From: Fusobacterium sp.
GTDB lineage: Bacteria > Fusobacteriota > Fusobacteriia > Fusobacteriales > Fusobacteriaceae
NCBI GenBank assembly: GCA_019410665.1
Contig: DXSD01000001.1
Span: 1-55,776, forward strand
Length of the DNA stretch: 55,776 bases
Direction: 5' to 3'
The notes beneath the pieces were generated by a model. The model worked only from the letters and a program-made list of their open reading frames with translations, did not search any database and had not been told where the DNA came from. Made by a program: the position numbers and the translations under genes. Positions 28,151 through 39,163 of the stretch are shown piece by piece. Numbering within the stretch: position 1 is the first letter of the stretch; every line of letters starts with the position of its first letter.

Positions 28151-29371
28151 ATGAGTTCAAAATTAATGATGAGATTACTCCTTGTAATAATGGTAGTCTG
28201 TGGAGCTATTTGGTTAAGTTTTGCTAAACCAACTAAGCTAGGACTAGATTTAAAAGGTGGAGTATACGTAGTATTAGAAGCAGTACCTGAAGAGGGAGTA
28301 ACTATAGATTCAGAAGCTATGGACAGACTTATAGAGGTACTAGATAGAAGAATAAATGGATTGGGAGTAGCTGAATCAGTTGTACAAAAAGCTGGAGATA
28401 ACAAAGTAATAATAGAGTTGCCAGGGATAAATAATACTGAAGATGCAATAAAGATGATAGGAAAAACAGCTCTTTTAGAGTTTAAAATAATGAATCCTGA
28501 TGGAACTTTAGGTGAGACTCTTTTAACAGGGGGAGCACTTAAAAAAGCTGATGTTTCTTATGATAATCTTGGAAGACCACAAATTCAATTTGAGATGAAC
28601 CAAGAGGGAGCAGTAAAGTTTGCTGAGATCACTAGAAATAATATAGGAAAGCAATTAGCAATTACATTAGATGGAGCTGTACAAACAGCACCTATGATAA
28701 ATAGTGAAATTCCAAGTGGAAGTGGAGTTATAACTGGAAACTACACTGTAGAGGAAGCTAAAGCCACTGCTACTCTTTTAAATGCAGGAGCTTTGCCAGT
28801 AAAAGCTGAAATAGCTGAAACAAGAACTGTAGGAGCTTCTTTAGGAGATGAATCTATAGCTCAAAGTAAAAACGCTGGAATACTTGCTATGGCTTTAATA
28901 GGGGTATTTATGTTAGTTTTCTATAGACTTCCAGGAATAGTTGCTGATATAGCCTTAGTGATATTTGGATTGATTACTTTTGGAGCTTTAAACTTTATTG
29001 ATGCAACTTTAACTTTACCAGGAATAGCTGGACTTATTTTATCAGCTGGTATGGCAGTTGATGCTAACGTAATTATTTTTGAAAGAGTAAAAGAGGAGCT
29101 TAGATTAGGAAACAGTATAATCAACAGTATAAATGTTGGATTTAATAAGGGGTTTGTAGCAATATTTGACTCAAATATTACAACTCTTATTATAACAGCT
29201 ATACTATTTACTTTTGGAACTGGACCAGTAAAAGGATTTGCTGTAACTTTGACAATAGGTACACTTGCTTCTATGTTTACAGCAGTAACTATTACTAAGA
29301 TACTTTTACTTGTATTTGTTAAAACATTTAAATTTGAGAGACCAGAGTTATTTGGAGTAAAGGGGAGATAG
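28151..29371 (+). CDS. secD: Protein translocase subunit SecD
   Basis: LGLDLKGG, LTLPGIAG, GMAVDANVIIFER, DSNITT. Confidence 0.95.
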   Translation: MSSKLMMRLLLVIMVVCGAIWLSFAKPTKLGLDLKGGVYVVLEAVPEEGVTIDSEAMDRLIEVLDRRINGLGVAESVVQKAGDNKVIIELPGINNTEDAIKMIGKTALLEFKIMNPDGTLGETLLTGGALKKADVSYDNLGRPQIQFEMNQEGAVKFAEITRNNIGKQLAITLDGAVQTAPMINSEIPSGSGVITGNYTVEEAKATATLLNAGALPVKAEIAETRTVGASLGDESIAQSKNAGILAMALIGVFMLVFYRLPGIVADIALVIFGLITFGALNFIDATLTLPGIAGLILSAGMAVDANVIIFERVKEELRLGNSIINSINVGFNKGFVAIFDSNITTLIITAILFTFGTGPVKGFAVTLTIGTLASMFTAVTITKILLLVFVKTFKFERPELFGVKGR

Positions 29372-29373
29372 TT

Positions 29374-30324
29374 ATGCAAATAGGAATTATAAGAAATAGT
29401 AAAAAATATTTGGGACTTTCTCTTTTTCTAGTTATCCTATCTTTAGGAGTATTGATCTTTAAAGGATTAAACTATGGTATAGATTTCTCAGGAGGAAGCT
29501 TAATTCAAGTAAAATTTGAAAAGAGTATAACTCTAAAAGAGATCAATAATAATTTAGATCAAATTTCAAAAGAGATTCCTCAATTTAGTTCAAATAGTAG
29601 AAAAGTACAGGTTTCAGAAGATAATACAGTAATTATAAGAACTCAAGAGTTAAATGAAGCACAAAAAGAAGCTGTTTTAGAGAGTTTAAAAAATGTAGGA
29701 AATTATAATTTAGATAAGGTAGATAAAGTAGGGGCAAGTATAGGTAAGGAATTAAAAACTTCTGCTGTATACTCTCTAGCCCTTGGAACTGTTTTAATCA
29801 TTCTTTACATAACAATGAGATTTGAGTTTTTATTCTCAATAGGAGCAGTAACAGCATTGATTCATGATATTATTGTTGCTGTAGGAGTGATAGCACTATT
29901 AGGTTATGAAGTTGATACACCATTTATAGCAGCTGTACTTACAATATTAGGATACTCTATTAACAATACAATAGTAGTATTTGATAGGGTAAGAGAGAAT
30001 TTAAAACGTAAAACAAAAGAGAAACTGTCTTTTGAAGATATTTTAGATAAGAGTATCAACCAAGTTATGATAAGAACTATAAATACATCTGTAACTACAC
30101 TATTTGCAATTATAGCGATTTTAATATTTGGTGGAGATTCATTAAAGACATTTATAGTAACTCTTTTAATTGGAATTTTAGCAGGAACATACAGTTCAGT
30201 TTTTGTTGCTACTCCAATAATGTACTTATTAGATAAGAAAAAAAGAGCTGGTGGAAACTCTGGAATTGAGAGCAAATTAAAAAAAGAGGATAAAAAAGAG
30301 AATAAAGAAAAGATATTAGTATAA
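29374..30324 (+). CDS. secF: Protein translocase subunit SecF
   Basis: GIDFSGG, GYSINNTIVVFDRVRE, RTINTS, GTYSS. Confidence 0.95.
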   Translation: MQIGIIRNSKKYLGLSLFLVILSLGVLIFKGLNYGIDFSGGSLIQVKFEKSITLKEINNNLDQISKEIPQFSSNSRKVQVSEDNTVIIRTQELNEAQKEAVLESLKNVGNYNLDKVDKVGASIGKELKTSAVYSLALGTVLIILYITMRFEFLFSIGAVTALIHDIIVAVGVIALLGYEVDTPFIAAVLTILGYSINNTIVVFDRVRENLKRKTKEKLSFEDILDKSINQVMIRTINTSVTTLFAIIAILIFGGDSLKTFIVTLLIGILAGTYSSVFVATPIMYLLDKKKRAGGNSGIESKLKKEDKKENKEKILV

Positions 30325-30350
30325 AATAGTTAAGTAGATAGATAAAAGAT

Positions 30351-30392
30351 TATATAGAGTATTGTTGAGTTACTTCAATACTCTATATATTT
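30351..30392 (+). terminator. Hairpin after secF, probable terminator
   Basis: 14-bp perfect stem TATATAGAGTATTG/CAATACTCTATATA. Confidence 0.6.
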
Positions 30393-30438
30393 AAAAATCT
30401 AGAGTGAAAGTGAGATTATTGCAGAAAAGAGGTAAAAA

Positions 30439-31536
30439 ATGAGAGCATGGTTAGAGATAGAGATGGACAATTTACTTTATAATATAGACAAACTGAGAGA
30501 GAAGGTTCATGGAACGGAGATAATGGCAGTAGTCAAAGCGAATAGCTATGGATTTGGAGCAATTGAAACTGCAAGATACCTTTCTAAAAATGGGATACAT
30601 TTTTTTGCAGTAGCCTGTCTAGATGAGGGATTAGATTTAAGAGATGCAGGGATTAAAGAGAATATTTTGGTTTTAGGAAATTTATTAGATGAAGAGTTAT
30701 CGGTGGCAGATGAGAATAATATTCAAGTAACTATTGGAAACTGGGAGCAGATAAAGTATATAGAAGAGAAGAAATTAAATGTAGGAATGCATATAAAAAT
30801 AGATACTGGGATGGGAAGATTAGGTTTTCTTGTAGATGAGGGATTAGAGGTAGTAGATTACTGTTTAAATAAAAATTTAAATATAAAGGGTATCTATTCA
30901 CATCTTTCTGATGCTGATGGATTTAATGAGGAAGCTGACAAATATACAGAGAGACAGTTGGATAAATTTAAAAAATTTGATAAATATAGAGATAGAGTAA
31001 AATATCTTCATGTATTAAATAGTGGTGGGATATTGAGATTTAATTCAAATTATATGGGAAATATTGTAAGAGCTGGAATTTGTATGTATGGTATGATAGC
31101 GAACTATAGAGTTTCTGACTTAAGGAGAGTATTCACAGTAAAAACAAGGATTTTATCAATAAGAACTGTAGATGAGGAAACTTGTATATCTTATGGAAGA
31201 AAATATATACTTCATAAGGGAGAGACATTTGCAACTCTTGGAATGGGATATGCAGATGGGTTAAAAAAAGAGTTTACAGGAAAGAGTTATGTTATTATTG
31301 AAGGAGAAAAGTGTCCAATCATTGGAGAGATATGCATGGATATGTGTATGGTAAAAATCCCTGAAAATATAAAAAGTAAGATATCACTAGGAACAGAGGT
31401 AATAGTAGTTAGAGATGATATAATAGAAGAGATAAATGTGGAGCACAAATGTTCATGGGATATTTTAACTGGAATAGGAAGAAGAGTTTATAGAGTATAT
31501 AAAGAGAATGGAAAACCATATTTAATAACAAAATAA
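30439..31536 (+). CDS. alr: Alanine racemase
   Basis: AVVKANSYG (PLP Lys), KIDTGMGRLG, SYG (catalytic Tyr), GYADG, ICMD. Confidence 0.9.
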   Translation: MRAWLEIEMDNLLYNIDKLREKVHGTEIMAVVKANSYGFGAIETARYLSKNGIHFFAVACLDEGLDLRDAGIKENILVLGNLLDEELSVADENNIQVTIGNWEQIKYIEEKKLNVGMHIKIDTGMGRLGFLVDEGLEVVDYCLNKNLNIKGIYSHLSDADGFNEEADKYTERQLDKFKKFDKYRDRVKYLHVLNSGGILRFNSNYMGNIVRAGICMYGMIANYRVSDLRRVFTVKTRILSIRTVDEETCISYGRKYILHKGETFATLGMGYADGLKKEFTGKSYVIIEGEKCPIIGEICMDMCMVKIPENIKSKISLGTEVIVVRDDIIEEINVEHKCSWDILTGIGRRVYRVYKENGKPYLITK

Positions 31537-31545
31537 GGAGAGAGA

Positions 31546-32727
31546 ATGGCAAAGATAATATTAGAAAAGGGTAAGGAGAAAAAAATTCAAAATTTTTATC
31601 CAAATGTATTTAAAGATGAGGTTAAAAGTACAATAGGAAAGATAGAAAATGGAGATATAGTTGATGTTTGTATGGAGGATATGACATTTGTTGGAAGAGG
31701 ATATGTAACAGATTCTACCTCTGCATATGTGAGAGTTTTAACAACAAAAGATGAAAAGATAGATAAAGATTTTATTTTAAATAAAATAAGAAGTGCTTAT
31801 AAAAAAAGAGAGCACTTAGCAAATGAAACTAACTGTATAAGGGCATTTTTCTCTGAGGGAGATGGAATACCAGGACTGATAATTGATAAATTTGATAAGT
31901 ATGTAGCTGTACAATTTAGAAATTCAGGAGTAGAAAAATTTAGACAAGAGATAATAAATGCTATAAAAAAGGTTATGAAACCTAAGGGAATCTATGAGAG
32001 AAGTGATGTAGAGAACAGAACTCATGAGGGAGTAGAGCAAAAAACTGGAATAATATATGGAGAGATTCCTGAAAGAGTTATCATGGAAGATAATGGCTTA
32101 AAATATGGAATAGATATAATAGATGGACAGAAAACAGGATTTTTCTTAGATCAAAGAGATTCAAGAAAATTTATAAGAAAATATCTGAATAAGGATACTA
32201 GATTTTTAGATGTATTCTCAAGTAGTGGTGGATTTTCAATGGCAGCTCTTAAAGAAAACTGTAAAAAAGTTGTGGCTATTGATAAAGAACCTCACGCTTT
32301 AGAGTTATGTAGGGAAAATTATGAATTAAATGGATTTGAAGGAAGCTTTACAACTATGGAGGGAGATGCTTTCTTACTTTTAAAAACTTTAGTAGGAAGA
32401 GGAGAGAAGTATGATGTGATAACTTTAGATCCCCCATCTCTTATTAAAAGAAAAGCAGATATTCATAAGGGAAGAGATTTTTTCTTTGAATTATGTGATG
32501 ATAGTTTTAAACTGTTAGAAGATGGAGGAATATTAGGAGTAATAACATGTGCTTATCATATCTCTTTACAAGATTTAATAGAGGTAACAAGAATGGCAGC
32601 TTCTAAAAATGGGAAGTTATTACAAGTGATAGGGATAAATTATCAACCAGAAGATCATCCATGGATATTACATGTTCCTGAAACTTTGTATTTAAAAGCA
32701 CTTTGGGTGAGAATAATAAATAACTAA
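31546..32727 (+). CDS. rlmI: RlmI-like SAM-dependent rRNA methyltransferase
   Basis: EGDGIPGLIID, GQKTGFFLDQR, LDPPS, ETLYLK. Confidence 0.8.
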   Translation: MAKIILEKGKEKKIQNFYPNVFKDEVKSTIGKIENGDIVDVCMEDMTFVGRGYVTDSTSAYVRVLTTKDEKIDKDFILNKIRSAYKKREHLANETNCIRAFFSEGDGIPGLIIDKFDKYVAVQFRNSGVEKFRQEIINAIKKVMKPKGIYERSDVENRTHEGVEQKTGIIYGEIPERVIMEDNGLKYGIDIIDGQKTGFFLDQRDSRKFIRKYLNKDTRFLDVFSSSGGFSMAALKENCKKVVAIDKEPHALELCRENYELNGFEGSFTTMEGDAFLLLKTLVGRGEKYDVITLDPPSLIKRKADIHKGRDFFFELCDDSFKLLEDGGILGVITCAYHISLQDLIEVTRMAASKNGKLLQVIGINYQPEDHPWILHVPETLYLKALWVRIINN

Positions 32728-32738
32728 AAGGGGTAACT

Positions 32739-33272
32739 ATGTATTTAGATATTGTAATATTAGTAGTTTTAGTTTTAGCCATTTTAGATGGGCTAAAAAG
32801 TGGATTATTTGTAGAATTTTTATCTGTATTTGGATTAGTGATAAATTTTATAGCAGCTAAGCATTTGACACCTATGTTGATGGAGTTCTTAGGATTAAAA
32901 TCTAGTGAAACAACTTATTTTTTAACTTATATTGGAATGTTTTGGGCAGTATATATAGTAATAGGGATATTCTTGCATTTTATAAAAAATATAATGGAAG
33001 GTTTAACTAAAGGTTTTGTAATAAGAGTATTAGGGGGGATAATAGGTGCTATAAAAGGAGCTGTATTAGCTTTAGTGATAATATTTATTTTTAACTTTTC
33101 AGCAGATATATTTCCAAAAATAAAAAAATATGGGGAGAATAGTAAGGCAGCAGAAACTTTTTTAAACACAGCTCCTCTTATTGAAAACTATATACCAAAG
33201 GTTTTTAAAGATAAGTTAAATGATATAAAAAATGAGAAGTTAATAGATAGATACTTAAATAAAATTTTTTAG
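32739..33272 (+). CDS. CvpA family membrane protein
   Basis: LDIVIL...GLKSG, RVLGGIIGAIKG, four TM segments. Confidence 0.8.
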   Translation: MYLDIVILVVLVLAILDGLKSGLFVEFLSVFGLVINFIAAKHLTPMLMEFLGLKSSETTYFLTYIGMFWAVYIVIGIFLHFIKNIMEGLTKGFVIRVLGGIIGAIKGAVLALVIIFIFNFSADIFPKIKKYGENSKAAETFLNTAPLIENYIPKVFKDKLNDIKNEKLIDRYLNKIF

Positions 33273-33281
33273 GAGAGGTAT

Positions 33282-34358
33282 ATGAAAATAATAGAAAAGT
33301 ATATTCTAAATGAGATAAAACTACCTATAATATTTGGAATCTCTCTATTTACATTTATATTCCTTATAGATATAATTGTGGCAATGATGGAAAATATAAT
33401 AGTGAAAGGGATATCTATAATAGATGTGTTGAGGATTTTATCCTTTTATCTTCCACCGATTTTATCTCAAACTATACCTATGGGAATGTTTTTAGGAATA
33501 ATGTTGACTTTTTCAAAATTTACAAGAACTAGTGAAGCAACAGCAATGAGTGCTGTAGGAATGTCTTTAAAGAAAATAGTAAATCCCATAGTAAAAATTG
33601 CTTGTGTAGTAACACTGTTTATATTTTTCTTACAAGAGAGTATTATTCCGCGTTCAGTGGCAAAATTACAATATTTAACAATGAAAATAGCTTATGAAAA
33701 TCCAGTTTTTCAACTTAAAGAGAAAACTTTTATAGATGAAGTAGATGAGTATAATCTCTATATAGATAGATTAGAGGGAAAAAGTAAGGTAGCTAAAGGA
33801 ATACTTATATTTCAAAAAGCTGAAGATAAACATTTTCCAACAGTAGTAGTAGGAGAGGAAGCGTATTGGAAAGATTCAGCAATGGTATTAAAAAATTCTA
33901 AGTTCTATAATTTCAATGAGCAGGGAAAGGAAACTTTAAGAGGAAAATTTGATGAAAAGAAGATACCATTGGCAGCTTACTTTAGTGAGATGGAATTAAA
34001 AGTAGATGATATTGAAGCTAAAGGAGTTTTAACTTTAATTAAAGAGATTAAAGATAAGAGTCCTGAAGAGAAGCTTGCATATAAAGTAGAGATAAATAAG
34101 AAAATAGCAGTACCATTCTCTACAATAATGTTATCACTTTTAGGGGTATTTTTATCTATAGGTCATCATAGAAGTGGAAAGGGAGCTAATTTTGCCTTAA
34201 GTCTGGTAGTAATATTTTCTTATATAACTTGCTTAAATATAGGAATGGTAATGTCAACTAAAGGGGTTATTCCAGCATTTATAGGAGTTTGGATACCTAA
34301 CTTAATTCTTTTTGTAGTGACATTTCTTATGTATAAAAAGAAGGCAAGGGTGATATAG
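33282..34358 (+). CDS. lptF: LptF/LptG family permease (LptF-like)
   Basis: 3+3 TM layout with periplasmic domain; SEATAMSAVG, WIPN. Confidence 0.82.
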   Translation: MKIIEKYILNEIKLPIIFGISLFTFIFLIDIIVAMMENIIVKGISIIDVLRILSFYLPPILSQTIPMGMFLGIMLTFSKFTRTSEATAMSAVGMSLKKIVNPIVKIACVVTLFIFFLQESIIPRSVAKLQYLTMKIAYENPVFQLKEKTFIDEVDEYNLYIDRLEGKSKVAKGILIFQKAEDKHFPTVVVGEEAYWKDSAMVLKNSKFYNFNEQGKETLRGKFDEKKIPLAAYFSEMELKVDDIEAKGVLTLIKEIKDKSPEEKLAYKVEINKKIAVPFSTIMLSLLGVFLSIGHHRSGKGANFALSLVVIFSYITCLNIGMVMSTKGVIPAFIGVWIPNLILFVVTFLMYKKKARVI

Positions 34359-35440
34359 TGAAAATAATTGATAAATATATAAGTAAAAATTTTTTAAGAG
34401 CCTTTCTTTTAAGCTTAATGGCTTTTATGGGAATATTTATAGTAAGTCAACTTTTTAGAGTGGTGAAATACTTAAGTGATGGGAGATTTACTCCCAATGA
34501 AGCTATATACTATGTAGTTACTTTGATGCCAAGAACTTTTATAGATGTAGCACCCCTAGCTGTATTATTAGGAAGTATGATGACAATTAGTAGTATGGCT
34601 TCAAATTTAGAGATAATATCTCTTAAAACTTCAGGAATAAAGTTTAGAAGAATTGTACTATTTCCTATTGTAATATCAGCTATTATATCTGGAGTAGTAT
34701 TTTGGATTAATGATACACTTTATCCTATATCTCTAAAGATAAATAGAGATTTAAGAAGAGGAGAAGTTTTAGAAAGGGTAGCCCCAGTAGAAAAAAGAAA
34801 TGCTTTCTTAAGAGGGGAGAATTCCAACTATATTTATTTAATGGAAAAAATAAATAGAGAGACAGGTTTTGCTGAAAATATTCAAATTATAGATTTGAAT
34901 GAAGATTTTGATGAGATCGAAAGAATAATAACAGCTCCAGAGGGAAGATATAATTTCAGCAAAGAGATGTGGATGTTAAAAGATGCTAATATTTACTTTG
35001 GAGATGATAATAAAAAAAGTGAGAGTAAGGAGTATTTTGCTGAGAAAAAATACAGAGATAATCCTGAAAATTTTATAACTTTAAGTGTTGAGCCTAGAAC
35101 TCTTACTATAAAAGATTTGAAAAAAACAATAAGAGAGATGAAGAGTATAGGGGGAGATACAAGGGAGTTATTAGTAGAGTTAGGAAATAGATACTCTTTT
35201 CCTTTTGCTAGTTTTGTAATATCATTTCTTGGATTAGCTTTAGGAGGAAGATATGTAAGAGGAACCTCTGCTGTGAGCTTAGGGGTATGTGTGCTATTAG
35301 GTTATGGTTACTATGTGGTACAGGCTTCCTTTGAGGCACTTAGTGCCAATGGATTTTTAAATCCATTTATTGGAGGGTGGATACCCAATATAATTTTCTT
35401 GGTGGTAGGAGTTTATTTACTAAATAAAGCAGAATATTAA
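34358..35440 (+). CDS. lptG: LptF/LptG family permease (LptG-like), GTG start
   Basis: IIDKYI, LEIISLKTSG, WIPNIIF; paralog pair with upstream gene. Confidence 0.82.
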   Translation: MKIIDKYISKNFLRAFLLSLMAFMGIFIVSQLFRVVKYLSDGRFTPNEAIYYVVTLMPRTFIDVAPLAVLLGSMMTISSMASNLEIISLKTSGIKFRRIVLFPIVISAIISGVVFWINDTLYPISLKINRDLRRGEVLERVAPVEKRNAFLRGENSNYIYLMEKINRETGFAENIQIIDLNEDFDEIERIITAPEGRYNFSKEMWMLKDANIYFGDDNKKSESKEYFAEKKYRDNPENFITLSVEPRTLTIKDLKKTIREMKSIGGDTRELLVELGNRYSFPFASFVISFLGLALGGRYVRGTSAVSLGVCVLLGYGYYVVQASFEALSANGFLNPFIGGWIPNIIFLVVGVYLLNKAEY

Positions 35441-35477
35441 AATAAAAGTGACTGAGTAGTTATGATTGGAGTTGAAA

Positions 35478-36701
35478 ATGAGTATAGAGGTAAGAAAATT
35501 AAGTAATGGAATACCTGTACTTATGGATAATATCGAGAGTATAAATACTATAAGTCTAGGTATATTTGTAAAAACAGGGTCAAGAGATGAGTATCCACAT
35601 GAAAGTGGAGTATCTCACTATATAGAACATATGATGTTCAAAGGGACAACAAACAGAAGTGCTAAGGAGATTTCCGAAGAGGTAGATAATGAAGGTGGAA
35701 TGATAAATGCCTTCACAAGTAGAGATACTACTTGCTATTATATACAGATGCTATCCAACAAGATTGGGAAAGGGATAGAGATTCTTTCAGATATGTTTTT
35801 AAACTCTACTTTTACAGAGGAAAATTTAGATAAAGAGAGAAATGTAATAATAGAAGAGATAAGAATGTATGAGGATATTCCTGAAGAGACTATACATGAT
35901 GAAAATATTCAATTTGCTGTAACAGGAACACAATCTAATAGTGTTTTAGGAACAATAGAGAGTTTAAAGGGGATAGATAGAGAAAGATTTTTAAAATATT
36001 TTAAAGATCAATATAGAGCTTCAAATTTAGTAATATCTGTTGCTGGAAAAATGGATTGTGATGAAATATTTAATATGTTAGAAGAGGGATTTGGAAAATT
36101 AGAGGATTATCCAGTAGATAGAAAAATAGATACTACTTATACTATTAATAGTGGAGAAAATAAGATAGTTAGAGATACTAACCAAGTACACCTATGTTTT
36201 AACACTAAAGGTGTTAGTTTAGTAGATGAGAAAAAATATCCAGCAGCTATTATATCAAGTGTATTAGGTGGAAATATGAGTTCTAGGCTTTTCCAAAAAA
36301 TAAGAGAGGAGAGAGGTTTAGCTTACTCAGTTTATACATATTCAAGTGCCTTTTTAGAGGGGGGAGTTTTCACTGTATATGCAGGAACAACTCACGAGAG
36401 TTATAAAGAGGTAATAGAGATTATTAGAGAAGAGTTTGAAGATATAAGAGAGAACGGAATTAGTGAGTATGAGTTACAAAAATCTAAAAATCAATTTTTA
36501 AGTATGCTTACTTTCAGTTTAGAGGGAAGTAAAGGAAAGATGAATAGAATGGCTAACTCTTACTTACTTTATGGAGAGGTAATAGATATAGATAAGATAA
36601 TAGAATCTATAGAAAAGATTACTCTTGAGGATATAAAAGAGACAGCACAGATAATATTTGATGAAAAATATTACTCATGGACAATTTTAGGAAATGTATA
36701 A
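35478..36701 (+). CDS. M16-family zinc peptidase (start likely ATG 35478)
   Basis: HYIEHMMFKGT (HxxEH), NAFTS, SSRLFQKIREERGLAYSV. Confidence 0.92.
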   Translation: MSIEVRKLSNGIPVLMDNIESINTISLGIFVKTGSRDEYPHESGVSHYIEHMMFKGTTNRSAKEISEEVDNEGGMINAFTSRDTTCYYIQMLSNKIGKGIEILSDMFLNSTFTEENLDKERNVIIEEIRMYEDIPEETIHDENIQFAVTGTQSNSVLGTIESLKGIDRERFLKYFKDQYRASNLVISVAGKMDCDEIFNMLEEGFGKLEDYPVDRKIDTTYTINSGENKIVRDTNQVHLCFNTKGVSLVDEKKYPAAIISSVLGGNMSSRLFQKIREERGLAYSVYTYSSAFLEGGVFTVYAGTTHESYKEVIEIIREEFEDIRENGISEYELQKSKNQFLSMLTFSLEGSKGKMNRMANSYLLYGEVIDIDKIIESIEKITLEDIKETAQIIFDEKYYSWTILGNV

Positions 36702-36710
36702 GGAGAAGCA

Positions 36711-37151
36711 ATGGAAAAAGTATTAGTAAAAGTGAAAGTAGAAGAGGGAGTAACTCTTCCTAAATATGAGACAAGTGGTTCTGCAGGAATGGATGTAAGA
36801 GCTAATATAAAAGAACCAATTACTTTGGGAATGCTAGAGAGAGTCCTTGTTCCTACTGGAATAAAAATGGCTATACCAGAAGGATATGAAGTTCAAGTTA
36901 GACCAAGAAGTGGACTTGCATTAAAACATGGGATTAGCATGGCTAATGCTATTGGAACAATAGATTCTGATTATAGGGGAGAGATAGGGGTTATATTAAT
37001 CAATTTAAGTAAAGATGATTATGTAATACAACCACAAGAGAGAATAGGACAATTAGTATTAAATAAAGTGGCACAGATGGAGTTTGAAGTGGTAGATACT
37101 TTAGACGAAACTGAAAGAGGTGCTGGAGGATTTGGGCACACTGGAAAATAA
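36711..37151 (+). CDS. dut: dUTP diphosphatase
   Basis: [29 protein letters not shown]. Confidence 0.97.
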   Translation: MEKVLVKVKVEEGVTLPKYETSGSAGMDVRANIKEPITLGMLERVLVPTGIKMAIPEGYEVQVRPRSGLALKHGISMANAIGTIDSDYRGEIGVILINLSKDDYVIQPQERIGQLVLNKVAQMEFEVVDTLDETERGAGGFGHTGK

Positions 37152-37161
37152 GAGGTAACTA

Positions 37162-38268
37162 ATGAAAAGTAGTAGAGAACTAAAACTTTTTTTAAAAAAA
37201 GTAAAAAAAATGAATAATTATCTTGTTTTAAATGCTTTAATAATAGTGGCAATAAGTATCTCTACAATATATAGTGCTACTGTTTCTAAAGGAAGTTCCT
37301 TCTATATAAAAGAGAGCATATGGACTGTAATAGGTTTAGTAGCTTATATTATAGTTTCTTTTATAGATTATAGAAAATATTATAAATACTATAAAGTTCT
37401 TTATATATTAAATTTGGGATTGCTTTTATCTGTTTTAGTTTTAGGAGTAAGTAGGTTAGGAGCACAGAGATGGATCAGTTTAGGACCTATTAGTATACAA
37501 CCTGCTGAAGTTGGAAAAGTCTTAGTTGTAATAACTCTATCAGCTTTTTTAACAAGTAATTTTAGAGAGAGAGTTGTAGGCTTAAAAAGTGTAATGATTA
37601 CGGGGTTACATATAGGACCTATACTTCTTCTTATATTAAAACAACCAGATTTAGGGACTACTCTTATAATAGTTATGACTTGTAGTGTTATTTTGTTTAT
37701 GCATAATTTAGATTGGAAAACAATAATTATACTATTTTTAAGTGGAGCTACCTTTGTTCCTATTGCTTATCTTTTTTTATTAAAAGATTATCAGAGACAG
37801 AGGGTAATGACCTTTTTAAATCCAGAAGCTGATCTTTTAGGAAGTGGTTGGAATGTAATGCAATCTATGATAGCTATTGGATCTGGAGAGCTTTATGGGA
37901 AAGGATTTTTAAAGAGTACTCAAAGTAAGTTAAGATTTCTTCCAGAGGCTCACACTGACTTTATTGTTTCTGTTTTTTTAGAGGAGAGAGGATTTATAGG
38001 GGGAGTAGTATTATTCGTACTCTATATTATTTTGATAGCTCAAATTTTATACATAGCAGATACTACTAAGGATAGTTTTGGAAAGCTTATAAGTTATGGA
38101 ATTGGAAGTATATTTTTCTTTCATTTTGTAATAAATGTTGGAATGACTATGGGAATCATGCCTGTTACAGGAAAACCTCTGCTTTTAATGAGCTATGGTG
38201 GAACTTCTCTTCTTATAAGTTTTATTATGTTGGGAATAGTTCAAAGTGTTAGAATATATAGAGATTAG
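37162..38268 (+). CDS. rodA: SEDS family glycosyltransferase, RodA-like
   Basis: GAQRWI, IQPAE, QPDLGT, FLPEAHTDF, SYGGTS. Confidence 0.85.
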   Translation: MKSSRELKLFLKKVKKMNNYLVLNALIIVAISISTIYSATVSKGSSFYIKESIWTVIGLVAYIIVSFIDYRKYYKYYKVLYILNLGLLLSVLVLGVSRLGAQRWISLGPISIQPAEVGKVLVVITLSAFLTSNFRERVVGLKSVMITGLHIGPILLLILKQPDLGTTLIIVMTCSVILFMHNLDWKTIIILFLSGATFVPIAYLFLLKDYQRQRVMTFLNPEADLLGSGWNVMQSMIAIGSGELYGKGFLKSTQSKLRFLPEAHTDFIVSVFLEERGFIGGVVLFVLYIILIAQILYIADTTKDSFGKLISYGIGSIFFFHFVINVGMTMGIMPVTGKPLLLMSYGGTSLLISFIMLGIVQSVRIYRD

Positions 38269-38275
38269 GAGAGAT

Positions 38276-39142
38276 ATGGAGTATATAATAGATAGAGAGT
38301 ATGAAGAGGTAAGATTAGATAAATTTTTAAGGAAAAAGTTGCCAAAATTGCCTTTAACTGAGATATTTAAAGGGATAAGAGTTGGGAAAATAAAAGTAAA
38401 TGGAAAAAAATCTAAAGAAAATTATAGACTTCAGCTCAATGATGTGGTAAAATTATACTTTCTAGTAGAGGAAGAGTGTGATAAAAATAACGAAATAGAT
38501 TTAAAAGAGTTAGAAAAAATTAAAAATCTAATAGTTTATGAAGATGAAAGAGTTTTAATTATAAATAAGGCTGCTAATATGGTTATGCATAAGGGAAGTG
38601 GTCATGAGTATGGAGTATCTGAAATATTAAAAGAGTATCTAAAAAATCCTAATTTTAACTTTGTAAATAGAATAGATAAGGCTACTTCTGGATTAGTAGT
38701 TGGAGCTAAAAGTTTAGTGGTAACAAGAGAGTTATCTGAAGAGATAAGAGAGAGAAACATAGAGAAAAGATACTATATTTTAGTAGAGGGAAAAGTAGCA
38801 AAAAAAGAGTTTCAGATAAAAAGTTTTTTAAAGAAAATTGATGATAGAGTGATAGAGCTAGATAAGTATGAAGTTGGAGCAAAAGAGAGTGTAAGTTTTT
38901 TTAAAGTTATTGAATATGGTAAAAATTGTACTCTACTTGAAGGAACATTGGGAAGTGGAAGAACACACCAATTGAGGGTTCAACTTTCTTCTATGGGTAA
39001 TCCTATAATTGGAGACACTAGATATGGAAATAAAAAAGAGAAAAATATGTATCTTTTTTCCCATTACTTAAAAATCTCTAAATATGGAATAGAGATAGAC
39101 TTACCTCTACCAAAAGAGTTTATTAAAAGGTTATCTAAATAA
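38276..39142 (+). CDS. RluA-family pseudouridine synthase with S4 domain (start likely ATG 38276)
   Basis: RLDKFL, NRIDKATSG (catalytic Asp), GRTHQLR, GDTRYG. Confidence 0.9.
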   Translation: MEYIIDREYEEVRLDKFLRKKLPKLPLTEIFKGIRVGKIKVNGKKSKENYRLQLNDVVKLYFLVEEECDKNNEIDLKELEKIKNLIVYEDERVLIINKAANMVMHKGSGHEYGVSEILKEYLKNPNFNFVNRIDKATSGLVVGAKSLVVTRELSEEIRERNIEKRYYILVEGKVAKKEFQIKSFLKKIDDRVIELDKYEVGAKESVSFFKVIEYGKNCTLLEGTLGSGRTHQLRVQLSSMGNPIIGDTRYGNKKEKNMYLFSHYLKISKYGIEIDLPLPKEFIKRLSK

Positions 39143-39163
39143 AAATTTATATAGGAGGAAAAA

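Noticed and set aside
39143..39163. Purine riboswitch before the NCS2 permease
   Set aside because: Intergenic gap is only about 21 bp
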